Assembly (NCBI GenBank): GCA_009885705.1
Contig: VFKF01000146.1
Location: 1-43,178, forward strand
Source: Nitrospira sp.
GTDB taxonomy: Bacteria; Nitrospirota; Nitrospiria; Nitrospirales; Nitrospiraceae
Reading direction: 5' to 3'
DNA: 43,178 nt
Positions within the stretch are counted from its first letter, which is position 1; each line of letters begins with the position of its first letter. This document shows, in pieces, positions 29,198 through 39,045 of the stretch. A model generated the notes under the pieces. The model searched no databases. It was given only the letters and a program-made list of their open reading frames with translations, and had not been told where the DNA came from. A program made the position numbers and the translations under genes.

Positions 29198-30475
29198 TCA
29201 GCGCGTCTCGGCCGGAGACGCCCCTTCTTTGTGACGGGTGATCGTCGCACCCAGTCCACGCAGTTTCTCTTCCATCCGCTCATACCCACGATCCAGATGG
29301 TAGACCCGAAGGATCTCCGTCGTGCCTTCTGCCGCAAGTCCAGCCAAGAATAAGCCGGCGCTCGCACGAAGGTCGGAGGCCATCACCGGCGCCCCGGTCA
29401 GCCTGGTCGGCCCGGTCACCACCGCCCGGGTGCCCTCGACCTTAATATCGGCGCCCATCCTCCGCAGCTCTTCGACATGCATGAAGCGGCTCTCAAAGAC
29501 CGTCTCCGTAATTACACTCGTGCCCTCGGCTGCCGTCATCAAGGCCACCATTTGCGCCTGCATATCGGTGGGAAACCCGGGATAGGGTAACGTCCGGATG
29601 TCGATGCCTTTGAGCCGCGAAGCCGCATTGAGATGAATCCTGTCCTTTCCCACCTCCATCTCGACGCCGGATTCTCGTAGTTTCATCAACAGGGCATCCA
29701 AGTGGCCCGGACAGCACCGATTGACCGTAACCGCGCCCCGCGTAATAGCCCCGGCCACAAGATACGTGCCGGTTTCGATGCGATCAGGGATGACGTCGTG
29801 ATCGCTGCCGTGCAATTCACGGACTCCTTCAATCGTGATGACATCCGTTCCGGCACCGACGATGCGAGCCCCTCGCTTCACAAGAAAGTTCGCGAGGTCG
29901 ACAATTTCCGGTTCTTTGGCAGCGTTTTCAATGACCGTGATCCCCTGGGCCAACGTCGCGGCCATCATCAGATTTTCCGTTCCGGTCACCGTCGGTGTGT
30001 CGCAGTAAATCTGGGCGCCCGTCAACCGCTTCGCGGTGGCGCGAATATACCCATGTTCCATCAAAACTTCTGCACCCATTTTGGCCAGTCCGGCAAGATG
30101 GAGATTCACGGGCCGCGACCCAATCGCACAACCACCGGGCATCGACACCGTCGCTTCGCCCCAGCGTGCCAACAGCGGCCCCAACACCAGCACGGAGGCC
30201 CTCATGGTTTTGACAAGATCGTAGGGGGCCTGGGTCGAGCTGATCATCCCCGCATCGATCACCGCACGGTTCCCCTCATGGTGGACCTTTGCGCCCAGGA
30301 TACCCAACAGCTTCCCCATGGTGACAACATCGACCACGCGGGGCACATTGGTAATCACGCATTCGCCGCCGCCAAGAATGGTGGACGCCAAGATCGGCAA
30401 GGCGGCATTCTTCGCCCCGCTGATCTGAACCTCTCCTCGAAGCGGTATCCCGCCGGTGATAACTGTCCGATCCAT
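29198..30475 (-). CDS. murA: UDP-N-acetylglucosamine 1-carboxyvinyltransferase
   Basis: 425 aa with [17 protein letters not shown], the active-site region [10 protein letters not shown] and FPTDMQAQ. Confidence 0.96.
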   Translation of the reverse strand: MDRTVITGGIPLRGEVQISGAKNAALPILASTILGGGECVITNVPRVVDVVTMGKLLGILGAKVHHEGNRAVIDAGMISSTQAPYDLVKTMRASVLVLGPLLARWGEATVSMPGGCAIGSRPVNLHLAGLAKMGAEVLMEHGYIRATAKRLTGAQIYCDTPTVTGTENLMMAATLAQGITVIENAAKEPEIVDLANFLVKRGARIVGAGTDVITIEGVRELHGSDHDVIPDRIETGTYLVAGAITRGAVTVNRCCPGHLDALLMKLRESGVEMEVGKDRIHLNAASRLKGIDIRTLPYPGFPTDMQAQMVALMTAAEGTSVITETVFESRFMHVEELRRMGADIKVEGTRAVVTGPTRLTGAPVMASDLRASAGLFLAGLAAEGTTEILRVYHLDRGYERMEEKLRGLGATITRHKEGASPAETR

Positions 30476-30481
30476 CTTGCC

Positions 30482-31399
30482 CTAGGCTCCCACTCGCTCC
30501 ACAATCACCACCCGCTCAAGCCCCGCTTCATCCAGGACCAGCCGGTGAAATCTGTAGCCTGGTGTCTGCTCGACAATCCGGCGCATCGCACGAGCCTGGC
30601 CGGCGCCAATTTCCATGATCACCGCACCGCCGAGAGAGAGATATCGGCTGGCCTCCCATAACAACCGCTCGTGCAATTCCGTCCCCTGAGGCCCTGCCAC
30701 CAATGCACTGCGCGGTTCAAACAGCTTCACTTCCGGCTGGAGTGTTGCCCAATCTAACTCAGGAATATAAGGAGGGTTCGAGACAATGACGTCAACCTGC
30801 CCTTCCAGCTTCTGCTCAGCCAATGGTCCCAGCAAGTCGCCTTCCAGCCAGCTAATACGCTCGCCGACTCCAAGCCGAATAGCATTCTGCCTGGCCACAT
30901 TGAGCGCAGGGCCGGAGAGATCGGTTGCGATGACCCTCGCGTGAGGTCTCATCCGCGCAATCGATACGGCGATACACCCGGATCCCGTGCAGACATCGAC
31001 GATGGTGGCCGGCTGATCGGCACGAATCCGTTGCGTGACATATTCAACCAGCAACTGAGTCTCGGGTCTCGGAATGAGCACCGCTGGATTGACCGTAAAC
31101 TCCAGTCCACAGAATTCCTGGGTCCCCAAAATATATTGCAGGGGCTCGCGGCCAACCCGCCGCTTGATTAAGCCTCTTGCGGTCAAGAGCTCGGAAGAGG
31201 AGAGGAGTCGATCGCGGTCGGTCACCACATGATGTGGAGAAAGATGGAGCACGTGCTCCACAATCCACAATGCTTCCTGCTCTGCGGTCTCGATGTCCGC
31301 CTGCTCCAGCAGCCGGCGTGCCTCGACGATGACCTCGCCAAGCGTGGCCTGGCCGACCGACTGAGGGAGAGGAGTGACCGCGCCCATATTATTACGCAA
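30482..31399 (-). CDS. prmC: Release factor glutamine N5-methyltransferase
   Basis: 305 aa with the SAM motif VDVCTGSGCIAV and NPPY. The start is uncertain (31399 or 31387). It overlaps the end of prfA. Confidence 0.9.
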   Translation of the reverse strand: MRNNMGAVTPLPQSVGQATLGEVIVEARRLLEQADIETAEQEALWIVEHVLHLSPHHVVTDRDRLLSSSELLTARGLIKRRVGREPLQYILGTQEFCGLEFTVNPAVLIPRPETQLLVEYVTQRIRADQPATIVDVCTGSGCIAVSIARMRPHARVIATDLSGPALNVARQNAIRLGVGERISWLEGDLLGPLAEQKLEGQVDVIVSNPPYIPELDWATLQPEVKLFEPRSALVAGPQGTELHERLLWEASRYLSLGGAVIMEIGAGQARAMRRIVEQTPGYRFHRLVLDEAGLERVVIVERVGA

Positions 31400-32468
31400 C
31401 CCCCACTTCTTGCTGGCGCTGTGCTTTCAGCGCCTGAACGAATTCGTCGAGATCGCCTTCGAGCACCTGCTCCAACTTGTGCAAAGTCACACCGACGCGA
31501 TGGTCGGTCACCCGGTTCTGCGGAAAGTTATAGGTGCGGATCTTCTCGCTTCGCTCGCCCGTGCCCACCTGAGCCTTGCGATTCTGGGCGGTTTCCGCGT
31601 CTTGCTTCTCCCGCTCCGCCTCGACGATTCTGGCCCGCAACGTCCGCATCGCCTTTGTGCGGTTCTTCAGTTGCGACCGTTCGTCCTGACAACTCACCAC
31701 CACACCGGTTGGAATATGGGTGATCCGCACGGCCGACTTTGTCGTGTTGACACTCTGGCCACCGGCGCCAGATGAACAGAAGGTGTCGATTCGAAGATCC
31801 ATGGGATCGATCTGCACATCGACCTCGTCCACTTCTGGCATCACCGCAACGGTGACGGTCGAAGTATGAATCCGGCCACTCGCCTCAGTCACGGGGACAC
31901 GCTGCACCCGGTGAACCCCAGCCTCGAACTTAAAATGACTGTACGCGCCCTTCCCTTCGATCAGCGCAACGACGCCCTTATAGCCTCCGCCCCCGATTTC
32001 TGTGGCTTCGACCACATCGACCTTAAAGCCCTTGCTCTCGGCATATTTACTGTACATGCGAAACAAGACCCCGGCAAAAAGCGCCGCCTCGTCACCACCG
32101 GTTCCGGCGCGAATTTCGAAAAGCAGACTTTTTTCGTCTCGCGGATCTTTGGGAATGAGAAACTCTTGGGCCTGTTGCTCGATCTCGGCCTGCTGACGTT
32201 CGAGCTGGGCGCTCTCTTCCATCGCCATCTTATGCATCTCGGTTCCGGCCGTGGGGTCCGCAAGGATTTGAACCGCTTCTTCCAACTGCCTGGCATTGTC
32301 CCGATAGGTAACGAGCAGCTTGGCAGCCGGTTCGATATCCGTTCGCTCCTTATTGACCTTGTGCAGCTGCGAAGGCTGGCTCATCAATGACGGGTCCATG
32401 AGCTGATTGGTCAGCTCATCGAATCGAGTGGCCAGTACTTCCCATTTCTTCAGTAAGACGGCTTCCAT
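31392..32468 (-). CDS. prfA: Peptide chain release factor 1
   Basis: The GGQ motif (SSGAGGQSVNTT) and the PxT-type region are present. I start it at the ATG at 32468 (MEAVLLKKWEVL), with GAGGGA about 9 nt upstream. Confidence 0.96.
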   Translation of the reverse strand: MEAVLLKKWEVLATRFDELTNQLMDPSLMSQPSQLHKVNKERTDIEPAAKLLVTYRDNARQLEEAVQILADPTAGTEMHKMAMEESAQLERQQAEIEQQAQEFLIPKDPRDEKSLLFEIRAGTGGDEAALFAGVLFRMYSKYAESKGFKVDVVEATEIGGGGYKGVVALIEGKGAYSHFKFEAGVHRVQRVPVTEASGRIHTSTVTVAVMPEVDEVDVQIDPMDLRIDTFCSSGAGGQSVNTTKSAVRITHIPTGVVVSCQDERSQLKNRTKAMRTLRARIVEAEREKQDAETAQNRKAQVGTGERSEKIRTYNFPQNRVTDHRVGVTLHKLEQVLEGDLDEFVQALKAQRQQEVGVA

Positions 32469-32507
32469 GGCCCCGTTTCCCTCTAACGTCGCACTCCACC
32501 CCTGATG

Positions 32508-32550
32508 CACAAAAACAAAGAGACCCTGCCCCTCAGCGAAGCAGGGTCCC
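32508..32550 (-). terminator. Intrinsic terminator after rpmE
   Basis: The minus-strand RNA reads GACCCUGC-(11-nt loop)-GCAGGGUC followed by UCUUUGUUUUUGU, about 20 nt after the rpmE stop. Confidence 0.6.
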
Positions 32551-32570
32551 TCGTATGATCACGTCTCGAG

Positions 32571-32786
32571 CTACTTCTCTTTCTTGGCGTACTTCTTCTT
32601 GAATCGTTCGACGCGTCCTTCGGTATCGATAATTTTCTGCGTCCCCGTGAAAAACGGATGACAGTTTGAACAGATATCGACATTGATATCGCCGCCCGTC
32701 GATCGGGTCTTATATTTGTTGCCGCAGGCGCAATGCACCCCGACTTCCCGATACACAGGATGAATACCCTTCTTCATAGTTCCCAC
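32571..32786 (-). CDS. rpmE: 50S ribosomal protein L31, zinc-binding type
   Basis: 71 aa with [17 protein letters not shown] and [10 protein letters not shown]. Confidence 0.95.
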   Translation of the reverse strand: MGTMKKGIHPVYREVGVHCACGNKYKTRSTGGDINVDICSNCHPFFTGTQKIIDTEGRVERFKKKYAKKEK

Positions 32787-32871
32787 TCCCCTGACGTCAA
32801 AATCTTCGACCTTCGCCCATTCGAAGGCCAGCTACTGTACCCTGTCTCGGCAACGCGTTACAAGTCTGATA

Positions 32872-34143
32872 TTACCGGTTCATCGATTGGAGAAACTCCT
32901 GATTGGTCTTGGTGCCGTGCAGCTTGTCCATCAGGAACTCCATGGCTTCCATCGTTCCAAGCGGACTCAGCACCTTACGCAAGATCCACATCTTGTTGAG
33001 ACGATCCTTGTCCACCAACAACTCTTCTTTTCTCGTCCCGGACTGGCTGATATCGATGGCCGGGAAGAGCCTCTTGTCGGCCAGGCGGCGATCGAGGTGG
33101 ACTTCCATGTTGCCCGTTCCTTTGAATTCTTCAAAGATCACGTCATCCATCCGGCTGCCGGTATCGACCAGCGCCGTCGCCATGATGGTCAGGCTGCCCC
33201 CGTTTTCGATGTTGCGGGCCGCGCCGAAGAACCGCTTCGGGCGCTGGAGGGCGTTCGAATCCAATCCTCCCGACAGCACCTTGCCGCTTGGCGGGGCAAT
33301 CGTATTGTAGGCACGAGCCAGACGGGTGATGCTATCCAGCAGCACCACGACGTCTTTTTTGTGCTCGACCAGCCGCTTGGCCTTTTCGAGCACCATTTCA
33401 GCCACCTGAGCATGGCGCTGAGCCGGTTCATCGAAAGTAGAACTGATGACTTCGGCCTTGACCTGTCTCTGCCAGTCGGTGACTTCTTCCGGCCGTTCGT
33501 CGATGAGCAGCACGATCAAAGTCACTTCTTTATGGTTCTTCAGAATGGCCCTGGCGATGGCCTGCAGCATCATCGTTTTGCCAGTTCGGGGAGCCGCAAC
33601 GATCAACCCACGCTGGCCTTTGCCGATCGGGGTCGTGAGCTCCATCACGCGGGTGCAATATTCTTCACGATCGAACTCGAGGTTCAGACGTTCTTCGGGA
33701 TAGAGCGGCGTCAAATTATCGAAGAGGATCTTGTCGCGGGACACTTCTGGATCTTCGAAGTTGACCTTCTCGACCTTCAGCAACGCGAAATACCGCTCGC
33801 TCTCCTTGGGCGGTCTAATCTGGCCGGAGACGGTGTCGCCAGTTCGCAAATTGAACCGCCGAATTTGAGAGGGGGATATATAAATATCGTCGGGGCCTGG
33901 GAGATAGTTCGAATCGGGAGCGCGCAGAAATCCGAATCCGTCGGGGAGCGTTTCAAGCACGCCCTCGCCAAAGACTACGCCATTATTCGCGGTTTGCGCC
34001 TGCAGAATCGCGAAAATCAATTCCTGCTTTCGCAGATTCGGTGCGCCATCGATCTTTAGATCGCGCGCCACCTCATTGAGATCGGCGATAGATTTCTGCT
34101 TCAGCTCCGCGAGATGCATAACCTCCCCCTTCGTTTGTGTCAT
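32872..34143 (-). CDS. rho: Transcription termination factor Rho
   Basis: 423 aa with [19 protein letters not shown], the RNA-binding domain GFGFLR and Walker [12 protein letters not shown]. Confidence 0.97.
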   Translation of the reverse strand: MTQTKGEVMHLAELKQKSIADLNEVARDLKIDGAPNLRKQELIFAILQAQTANNGVVFGEGVLETLPDGFGFLRAPDSNYLPGPDDIYISPSQIRRFNLRTGDTVSGQIRPPKESERYFALLKVEKVNFEDPEVSRDKILFDNLTPLYPEERLNLEFDREEYCTRVMELTTPIGKGQRGLIVAAPRTGKTMMLQAIARAILKNHKEVTLIVLLIDERPEEVTDWQRQVKAEVISSTFDEPAQRHAQVAEMVLEKAKRLVEHKKDVVVLLDSITRLARAYNTIAPPSGKVLSGGLDSNALQRPKRFFGAARNIENGGSLTIMATALVDTGSRMDDVIFEEFKGTGNMEVHLDRRLADKRLFPAIDISQSGTRKEELLVDKDRLNKMWILRKVLSPLGTMEAMEFLMDKLHGTKTNQEFLQSMNR

Positions 34144-34481
34144 GAGTATCCTCTCAAGCCCTCAGCTGCGTCGTCATCGGCAGCGCTCGCACGTGGTGAA
34201 CCATGGGAAATTGTCCAGAAACCGAATGAATGGCAATGTCTTCGATGATCGTTATGTTGTGTGTGTTAGCTAAAGAGGGTGACCCGTGAAGGACGTACTC
34301 GCTTACACCCGTCGCTAATCAGGGGACGGCGCTGTCTCATATCTGCGGATATTGTCGCAAGGGGAAACTCATGCCGAGCTGAATGTCTCTATGGCCTGAA
34401 CGATTGTGGCTTGTTTCGAGATGCGCCCCGGAAGTTTTCTTGTGTGGAGAGAACGCTGATCCGAGCTGAGATATTGGTCCA

Positions 34482-34510
34482 AGGATAACGCGGGCGACGC
34501 GCCTTGTCAA
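34482..34510 (-). promoter_or_regulatory. Candidate sigma-70 promoter for rho (TTGACA, 17 nt, TATCCT)
   Basis: On the minus strand, TTGACA is at 34510-34505 and TATCCT at 34487-34482 with a 17-nt spacer. This implies a 5' leader of about 330 nt before the rho ATG at 34143. Sequence match only. Confidence 0.4.
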
Positions 34511-34668
34511 TATGAATCACTTTCTATTTTCACCAACCCTCTTTCCCTTATATGCACAGTCAGACCGAAATCATCTCCCTCGAATTTGATGATACGATTA
34601 CGCCGGCCTTGCAGTTGCAGCCCAAAAGAATGGTGTGATACATGAGGAACTTCCTTTAGAGGGACACC

Positions 34669-35082
34669 ATGGCACATGACGACGAACAGGAACAGCACGA
34701 GCGAACCTTTACATTATCCGAGGCTAATCACCTCATTCCCCAGCTGAACTCCAAGCTGATATCGATCCAGCAGGCCAAGGCTGTCCTGGCTCGAACGAAG
34801 GATGAAATTCAGAAAGCGAGTGCAAGGGCTGAATATGGCGGAGGCAGCACTGTCGGGCACCTGTATATCTCGGGCCTTCAGCAAGTCAGTACGAATCTTC
34901 AAGCGATCCAGGAGCTTGGCATCCTGGTGAAGGACCTGGACCTTGGCCTCTGTGACTTTCCCCATCTTCGTGACGGTCGAGTGGTCTATCTCTGCTGGAA
35001 GCTTGGGGAGCAAGAGGTTCGCTGGTGGCATGAAACAACCACCGGCTATAAAGATCGCTGCCCCATCGAGGATCTCGCCTGA
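34669..35082 (+). CDS. DUF2203 family protein
   Basis: 137 aa with FTLSEANHLIPQL..., a coiled region, then GILVKDLDLGLCDFPHLRDGRVVYLCWKLGEQEVRWWHE, the DUF2203 signature. Confidence 0.8.
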   Translation: MAHDDEQEQHERTFTLSEANHLIPQLNSKLISIQQAKAVLARTKDEIQKASARAEYGGGSTVGHLYISGLQQVSTNLQAIQELGILVKDLDLGLCDFPHLRDGRVVYLCWKLGEQEVRWWHETTTGYKDRCPIEDLA

Positions 35083-35113
35083 ACTCAATATTGTATAGTG
35101 ACGTCGAGGTATC

Positions 35114-35395
35114 ATGATGAAGTTCGTTATTCTCGGATTCGACGGCCCCGACGGGGAAGCCAAGCGAAAAATCTATCGCCCTGCGCACCTCGCCAAGATG
35201 GAACCCCTCGACGCCCTAGGCCGGGTTGTGCTGGCCGGTCCGCTCACGGATAAAACCGGAAGCCTGATTGTCATTGAGGCGGACTCGCTGGAAGATGCAC
35301 AGCAATTCGCCCGCGAAGACCCCTATACCGTCTATGGTGTATTTGAACGGGTCGAAGTCCATCCATTCGTTCAAGTCTTCCCGAAAGCGCGCTAA
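35114..35395 (+). CDS. YciI family protein
   Basis: 93 aa with MKFVILGFDGPDG...R..HL......G.VVLAGPL.D..GSLIVIEADSLEDAQQFAREDPY. Confidence 0.8.
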   Translation: MMKFVILGFDGPDGEAKRKIYRPAHLAKMEPLDALGRVVLAGPLTDKTGSLIVIEADSLEDAQQFAREDPYTVYGVFERVEVHPFVQVFPKAR

Positions 35396-35498
35396 ACCTA
35401 GGCCTGCGGGCCACGCGTCGTGCCCCTAACTCCCCATAGATGCTTGCCCCTGCGTTCGTTGCATTGCCCCTTCACCAATCGAGCGGTATAGTTGTCAG

Positions 35499-36770
35499 AT
35501 GAAACTGCACCAGCAACTGTTCTGCCCCCTCATCTTCGCACTCATTCTATGGCTATGGGGAACCCCGGCAATGGGTGCCGCGACAAAAATCGTCATCGCC
35601 GACAGCCAGTACGTCATGGCTGACGGCGATACCCTGGCCGCTGCAGAAGAAAAGGTCCTCCAGCGAGCCCAACGCAAAGCAGTAGAAGAAGCAGGCGTCT
35701 ATCTCGAATCTACCTTCCACGATATAGAACGTGAAACTGGGGGAATCAGCACCCAAACCAGTTCACTGGAAATCAGAACGATTGCCGCCGCAATCACAGA
35801 GACTGTAATTCTCGAATCCCGACGCTCCTTCGAGCGGGATCGTCCCGTCTTCTTTGTCCGCATTCGCGCCACGGTCGACGTGAGCAGTCTCGCGGAGGCC
35901 ATACGCCGACTGCAATCCGATCAGCAACTCGCACAACACTTTCGCCAGCTCCAGCAGGAAAACCATCAATTGCGCTCCCAATTACAAGAGCTTCAACAGC
36001 AGCCGATCGGTGTCCGAATGTTGGCTATTGAGCCGGGCGGAAAGTTCGCCGCACAACAACGAGCGCGCATGCTATTGGAAACTGCGCTCCACACGCATAA
36101 CTTACGAGACAAAATTCAGCTCAGCACCGACGCCTCCATACTCGATAACCGTTACGTCGATCCACTGATCGTACGAGGCCAAACCTATCTCCGGCTGGTC
36201 TCGCTGGCCTTTTCGCAACAGACTCAGCCCTCGGACTATTCGGACTATCTGGATAAAGCCAGGCTAGACTTTGATCGCGCAATCACACTCGACGACAAGA
36301 ATGTATGGGCATGGGTTGGAAAGGGAGATACCTTCACGTGGTTGAAGCAATGGGACGAGGCGACCGCTGCCTACGAACAAGTTCTTGAGCTCGATCCGTT
36401 TGCCGATATCGCCCGCCAGCGGCTCATCGGCGCATACACGACGCAAGCGCGCCGCCAGGCAGAAACCAAATCATGGCAGCAGGCATTGACCACACTGAAG
36501 AAGTTAATTAATGCCCAAACGCCTGAAAGCTGGATCCCCTATCAAAAGGAGGCCTATGCGCTTCGAAGCGAGATCTATATCAAGCTGAATCAGCCTGAGC
36601 GGGCGATTGAAGATCTGTCCACTGTTATTCGGGTCGATCCCACCAATGCTGCGGCCCTGGTCAACAGGGCAAAGCTCTATCGAGAACACCTACAGGGGCG
36701 ACTCGCCAAAGATGACCTTGAGCGGGCCTGCGCCCTCGGGTCCAATCCTGCCTGCGAGCAATTACCATGA
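35499..36770 (+). CDS. Secreted TPR-repeat protein with an N-terminal LPP20-like domain and a coiled coil
   Basis: 423 aa.
- Signal peptide (LWLWGTPAMGA).
- An N-terminal domain of about 120 aa.
- A Q-rich coiled coil (QLAQHFRQLQQENHQLRSQLQELQQQ).
- C-terminal TPR units (WAWVGKGDTF...AYEQVLELDP, YALRSEIYIKLNQPERAIEDLSTVIRVDP). Confidence 0.75.
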   Translation: MKLHQQLFCPLIFALILWLWGTPAMGAATKIVIADSQYVMADGDTLAAAEEKVLQRAQRKAVEEAGVYLESTFHDIERETGGISTQTSSLEIRTIAAAITETVILESRRSFERDRPVFFVRIRATVDVSSLAEAIRRLQSDQQLAQHFRQLQQENHQLRSQLQELQQQPIGVRMLAIEPGGKFAAQQRARMLLETALHTHNLRDKIQLSTDASILDNRYVDPLIVRGQTYLRLVSLAFSQQTQPSDYSDYLDKARLDFDRAITLDDKNVWAWVGKGDTFTWLKQWDEATAAYEQVLELDPFADIARQRLIGAYTTQARRQAETKSWQQALTTLKKLINAQTPESWIPYQKEAYALRSEIYIKLNQPERAIEDLSTVIRVDPTNAAALVNRAKLYREHLQGRLAKDDLERACALGSNPACEQLP

Positions 36771-36851
36771 CTCCTCACAACATATTGAATACACACTTAT
36801 ATTTACGGGCAGCTAGCAGATCAATACCCATCTGAAGCCATGCCTATTAGT

Positions 36852-36881
36852 TTGACAGGGCGAAATCTACATCTCTATAAT
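36852..36881 (+). promoter_or_regulatory. Consensus sigma-70 promoter upstream of the oxidoreductase cluster
   Basis: Perfect TTGACA (36852-36857) and perfect TATAAT (36876-36881) separated by 18 nt. The predicted transcription start is near 36888, which leaves a 5' UTR of about 210 nt before the ATG at 37099. Confidence 0.55.
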
Positions 36882-37098
36882 ATCGCGCTTCAACGGGCAC
36901 GATTAGCTACCAGCAGGCAAGCCAGCAGCTCAGGACAAAAGGCCTAAGTCTCTCCCGTTAGATAGCCCGAAATTTCACGACGGTGGGCCTTCTGCGAGGT
37001 TGCAGGTGACATAGAAAAAGCTTAGAGTGAGGAAGATCCAGATCATCGAAAAATTTGTGTTTCTCGTTCTTTAACCCCTTGCCGGAGAGTAAGCCGTA

Positions 37099-37734
37099 AT
37101 GACTCAGTATCGCGTCCTTCCAGGCCCGGAACATTTCCTTCCTCCATCGGCTGCGAGCATGGGCATTTGCTTGCCAAACCCTGGGGAAGCCCACGTCAAC
37201 GGTGTAATCGTCCCAGAGGAAAGGGCATACGAGGAAGCGGCGAAACAATTCCTCATGGCCAAAGTGCCAACGATCTTCCCTGGCCCCTTAGTGCTGTGGG
37301 CATGGAACGAAAAAGCGGCCAAAAAGGCCACAGCCGTCCGCCATCTCTACAACACGCTCAAAGAATGCGTGCAGCCAGGGCAGACGCCCATGCTGATTCC
37401 GATGCCGGACTACCGCCCCAAATACCCCAAGATCAATCCTGAAGTCGAAATCAATCCCAACCACCCGAATCTGACCATTTGGCACAATAAGATTGATTGC
37501 TGCATGTTCGTCGGAGTCCATTGCCATCAGGCAAATTTGGCGCTTAAAATCATTCGAGGTGGCACATCCTGCTACACGGTTGCGATGTGCGCTCAGGCCG
37601 GCCATGAGGATGCGATGTTGTCCTTCCGCGACGCATCGGTCGAAAAGATCATGAAACTGGCCGAGTGGGTGAGAAAGTTGAAAGGGACAGTCCAACCACG
37701 GCTGACATCAGCAAAGAGCGGAGCCTCAAACTAA
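37099..37734 (+). CDS. Fifth (epsilon-type) subunit of a five-subunit 2-oxoacid:ferredoxin oxidoreductase; CO dehydrogenase/acetyl-CoA synthase epsilon (CdhB)-like fold
   Basis: 211 aa, Cys-poor and soluble. It is the first gene of the cluster and is tightly followed by the alpha, beta, gamma and delta genes. The family assignment comes from my memory of the Hydrogenobacter and Nitrospira five-subunit enzymes and is not verified. Confidence 0.55.
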   Translation: MTQYRVLPGPEHFLPPSAASMGICLPNPGEAHVNGVIVPEERAYEEAAKQFLMAKVPTIFPGPLVLWAWNEKAAKKATAVRHLYNTLKECVQPGQTPMLIPMPDYRPKYPKINPEVEINPNHPNLTIWHNKIDCCMFVGVHCHQANLALKIIRGGTSCYTVAMCAQAGHEDAMLSFRDASVEKIMKLAEWVRKLKGTVQPRLTSAKSGASN

Positions 37735-37774
37735 GCCGTTTGAAGTTCTGGAGATAGTGAAAGGAGGCTGATCC

Positions 37775-38983
37775 ATGGCAGACACACACTCAGTCATCGG
37801 CACGAAGAATAAAAAAGGGCAGACCTTTACCGATACGTGGGCAATGATGAACGACGCGCCCCGTACGCCGTCGTTCTATACGGGCAGCGAGGTCATCAAG
37901 GAAGCGCTTCGGCGGGCCAGCTGCGACGTGATGATTGCCTACCCGATTACCCCGCAGAGCGAAGCGGCCGCCTTGATCGGCGAACTCTTTGCCGAGGGGT
38001 ACATCGGCGACTACTTTCGCGGCGAGAGCGAATTCGCCGTCATGTCGCAATGCGCGGGAGCAGCCTTCGGCGGCGCGCGCGTCTTCACGACAACCGCGGG
38101 TCCCGGCACGATGCGCGCGATGGAGAATTTCCCGATGTGGTCCGGCGCACGGTTGCCGATCCAGATGATCGTCACCTGCCGCGGCATCAATTCGCCGCTC
38201 TCGATTCAGCCCGACACACTCGAAATCGCCTATCTCTTGAATACCGGCATGCTCGTCTGGCATGCGGAAACCGCGCAGGACTTCTTCGATTGGATCCTCA
38301 AGGGCTACATGGTCTCGGAAGAGCCGGATGTGCACCTTCCCTTGGCACTATGCTGCGACGGATTCTTCGTCACGCATACCAAGGACGTGGTCAATCTGAC
38401 TCCGGCCGACATGTGCTTGCCTCCCTACGACCCCTACCGCTCGCCTGTGCCCTGCATGGACATGGAATGTCCACCGGTCCGGATGATGCGCGATCCGTTT
38501 GTCATGAAGAGCAACTACATCAGCTACGCCACCCACGCATCCTGGCAACAAGAAGTCTGGGCGGCGGTGGAACGGTCCCGCAAGCACACGATCAAGTGGT
38601 TGAACGGGCTGATCGAAACAGAAAATACCGACGCTGAGATCCTCATCGTTGCCTCTGGCACGGCGGTATCGCAAGGCCGTGAGGCCATCCGGCTCCTCGA
38701 AGACGAAGGCATCCGCTGCGGTCTGGTCAAGGTCAAAGTCTTGCGGCCATGGCCGGGCGAAGAGATCCGTGAAGCCACGAAAAACGCTAAGCATATTATC
38801 GTCCCGGAGTTTAATGTGACGGGGTGGCTGGCCAAGGAAATCAAAGCCACCATCCCCAACAGCGAACGGGTACATGCAGGCCCCCGAGTCTGTGGCGGCA
38901 TGACCATGCCACCGGAAATCATCGTTTCAGAAATCAAGACCTTGCTTGGCATACACACCGTGTCGATGGCCAGTCGAGGTTGA
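37775..38983 (+). CDS. 2-oxoacid:ferredoxin oxidoreductase, alpha subunit
   Basis: 402 aa with GSEVIKEALRRASCDVMIAYPITPQSE and the C-terminal transketolase-C-like domain (ILIVASGTAVSQGREAIRLLEDEGIRCGLVKVKVLRPWP). Confidence 0.9.
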   Translation: MADTHSVIGTKNKKGQTFTDTWAMMNDAPRTPSFYTGSEVIKEALRRASCDVMIAYPITPQSEAAALIGELFAEGYIGDYFRGESEFAVMSQCAGAAFGGARVFTTTAGPGTMRAMENFPMWSGARLPIQMIVTCRGINSPLSIQPDTLEIAYLLNTGMLVWHAETAQDFFDWILKGYMVSEEPDVHLPLALCCDGFFVTHTKDVVNLTPADMCLPPYDPYRSPVPCMDMECPPVRMMRDPFVMKSNYISYATHASWQQEVWAAVERSRKHTIKWLNGLIETENTDAEILIVASGTAVSQGREAIRLLEDEGIRCGLVKVKVLRPWPGEEIREATKNAKHIIVPEFNVTGWLAKEIKATIPNSERVHAGPRVCGGMTMPPEIIVSEIKTLLGIHTVSMASRG

Positions 38984-39045
38984 TCGCATCGAGACAAGCA
39001 AGCACTAAACGCCCTGAATAAGACGCACGTATTGAGGAGGCCATC

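Noticed and set aside
34279-34698. Small ORFs 34279..34488 (+) and 34507..34698 (-) in the rho / DUF2203 intergenic region.
   Set aside because: They have no ribosome-binding site and Cys/Arg-rich or odd composition. The second overlaps the DUF2203 start. The region is better explained as a promoter and leader region.
36958-37248. A 96-aa minus-strand ORF spanning the leader and start of the first oxidoreductase gene.
   Set aside because: It overlaps the start of a well-supported plus-strand gene, has no ribosome-binding site and a low-complexity translation. It is likely spurious.
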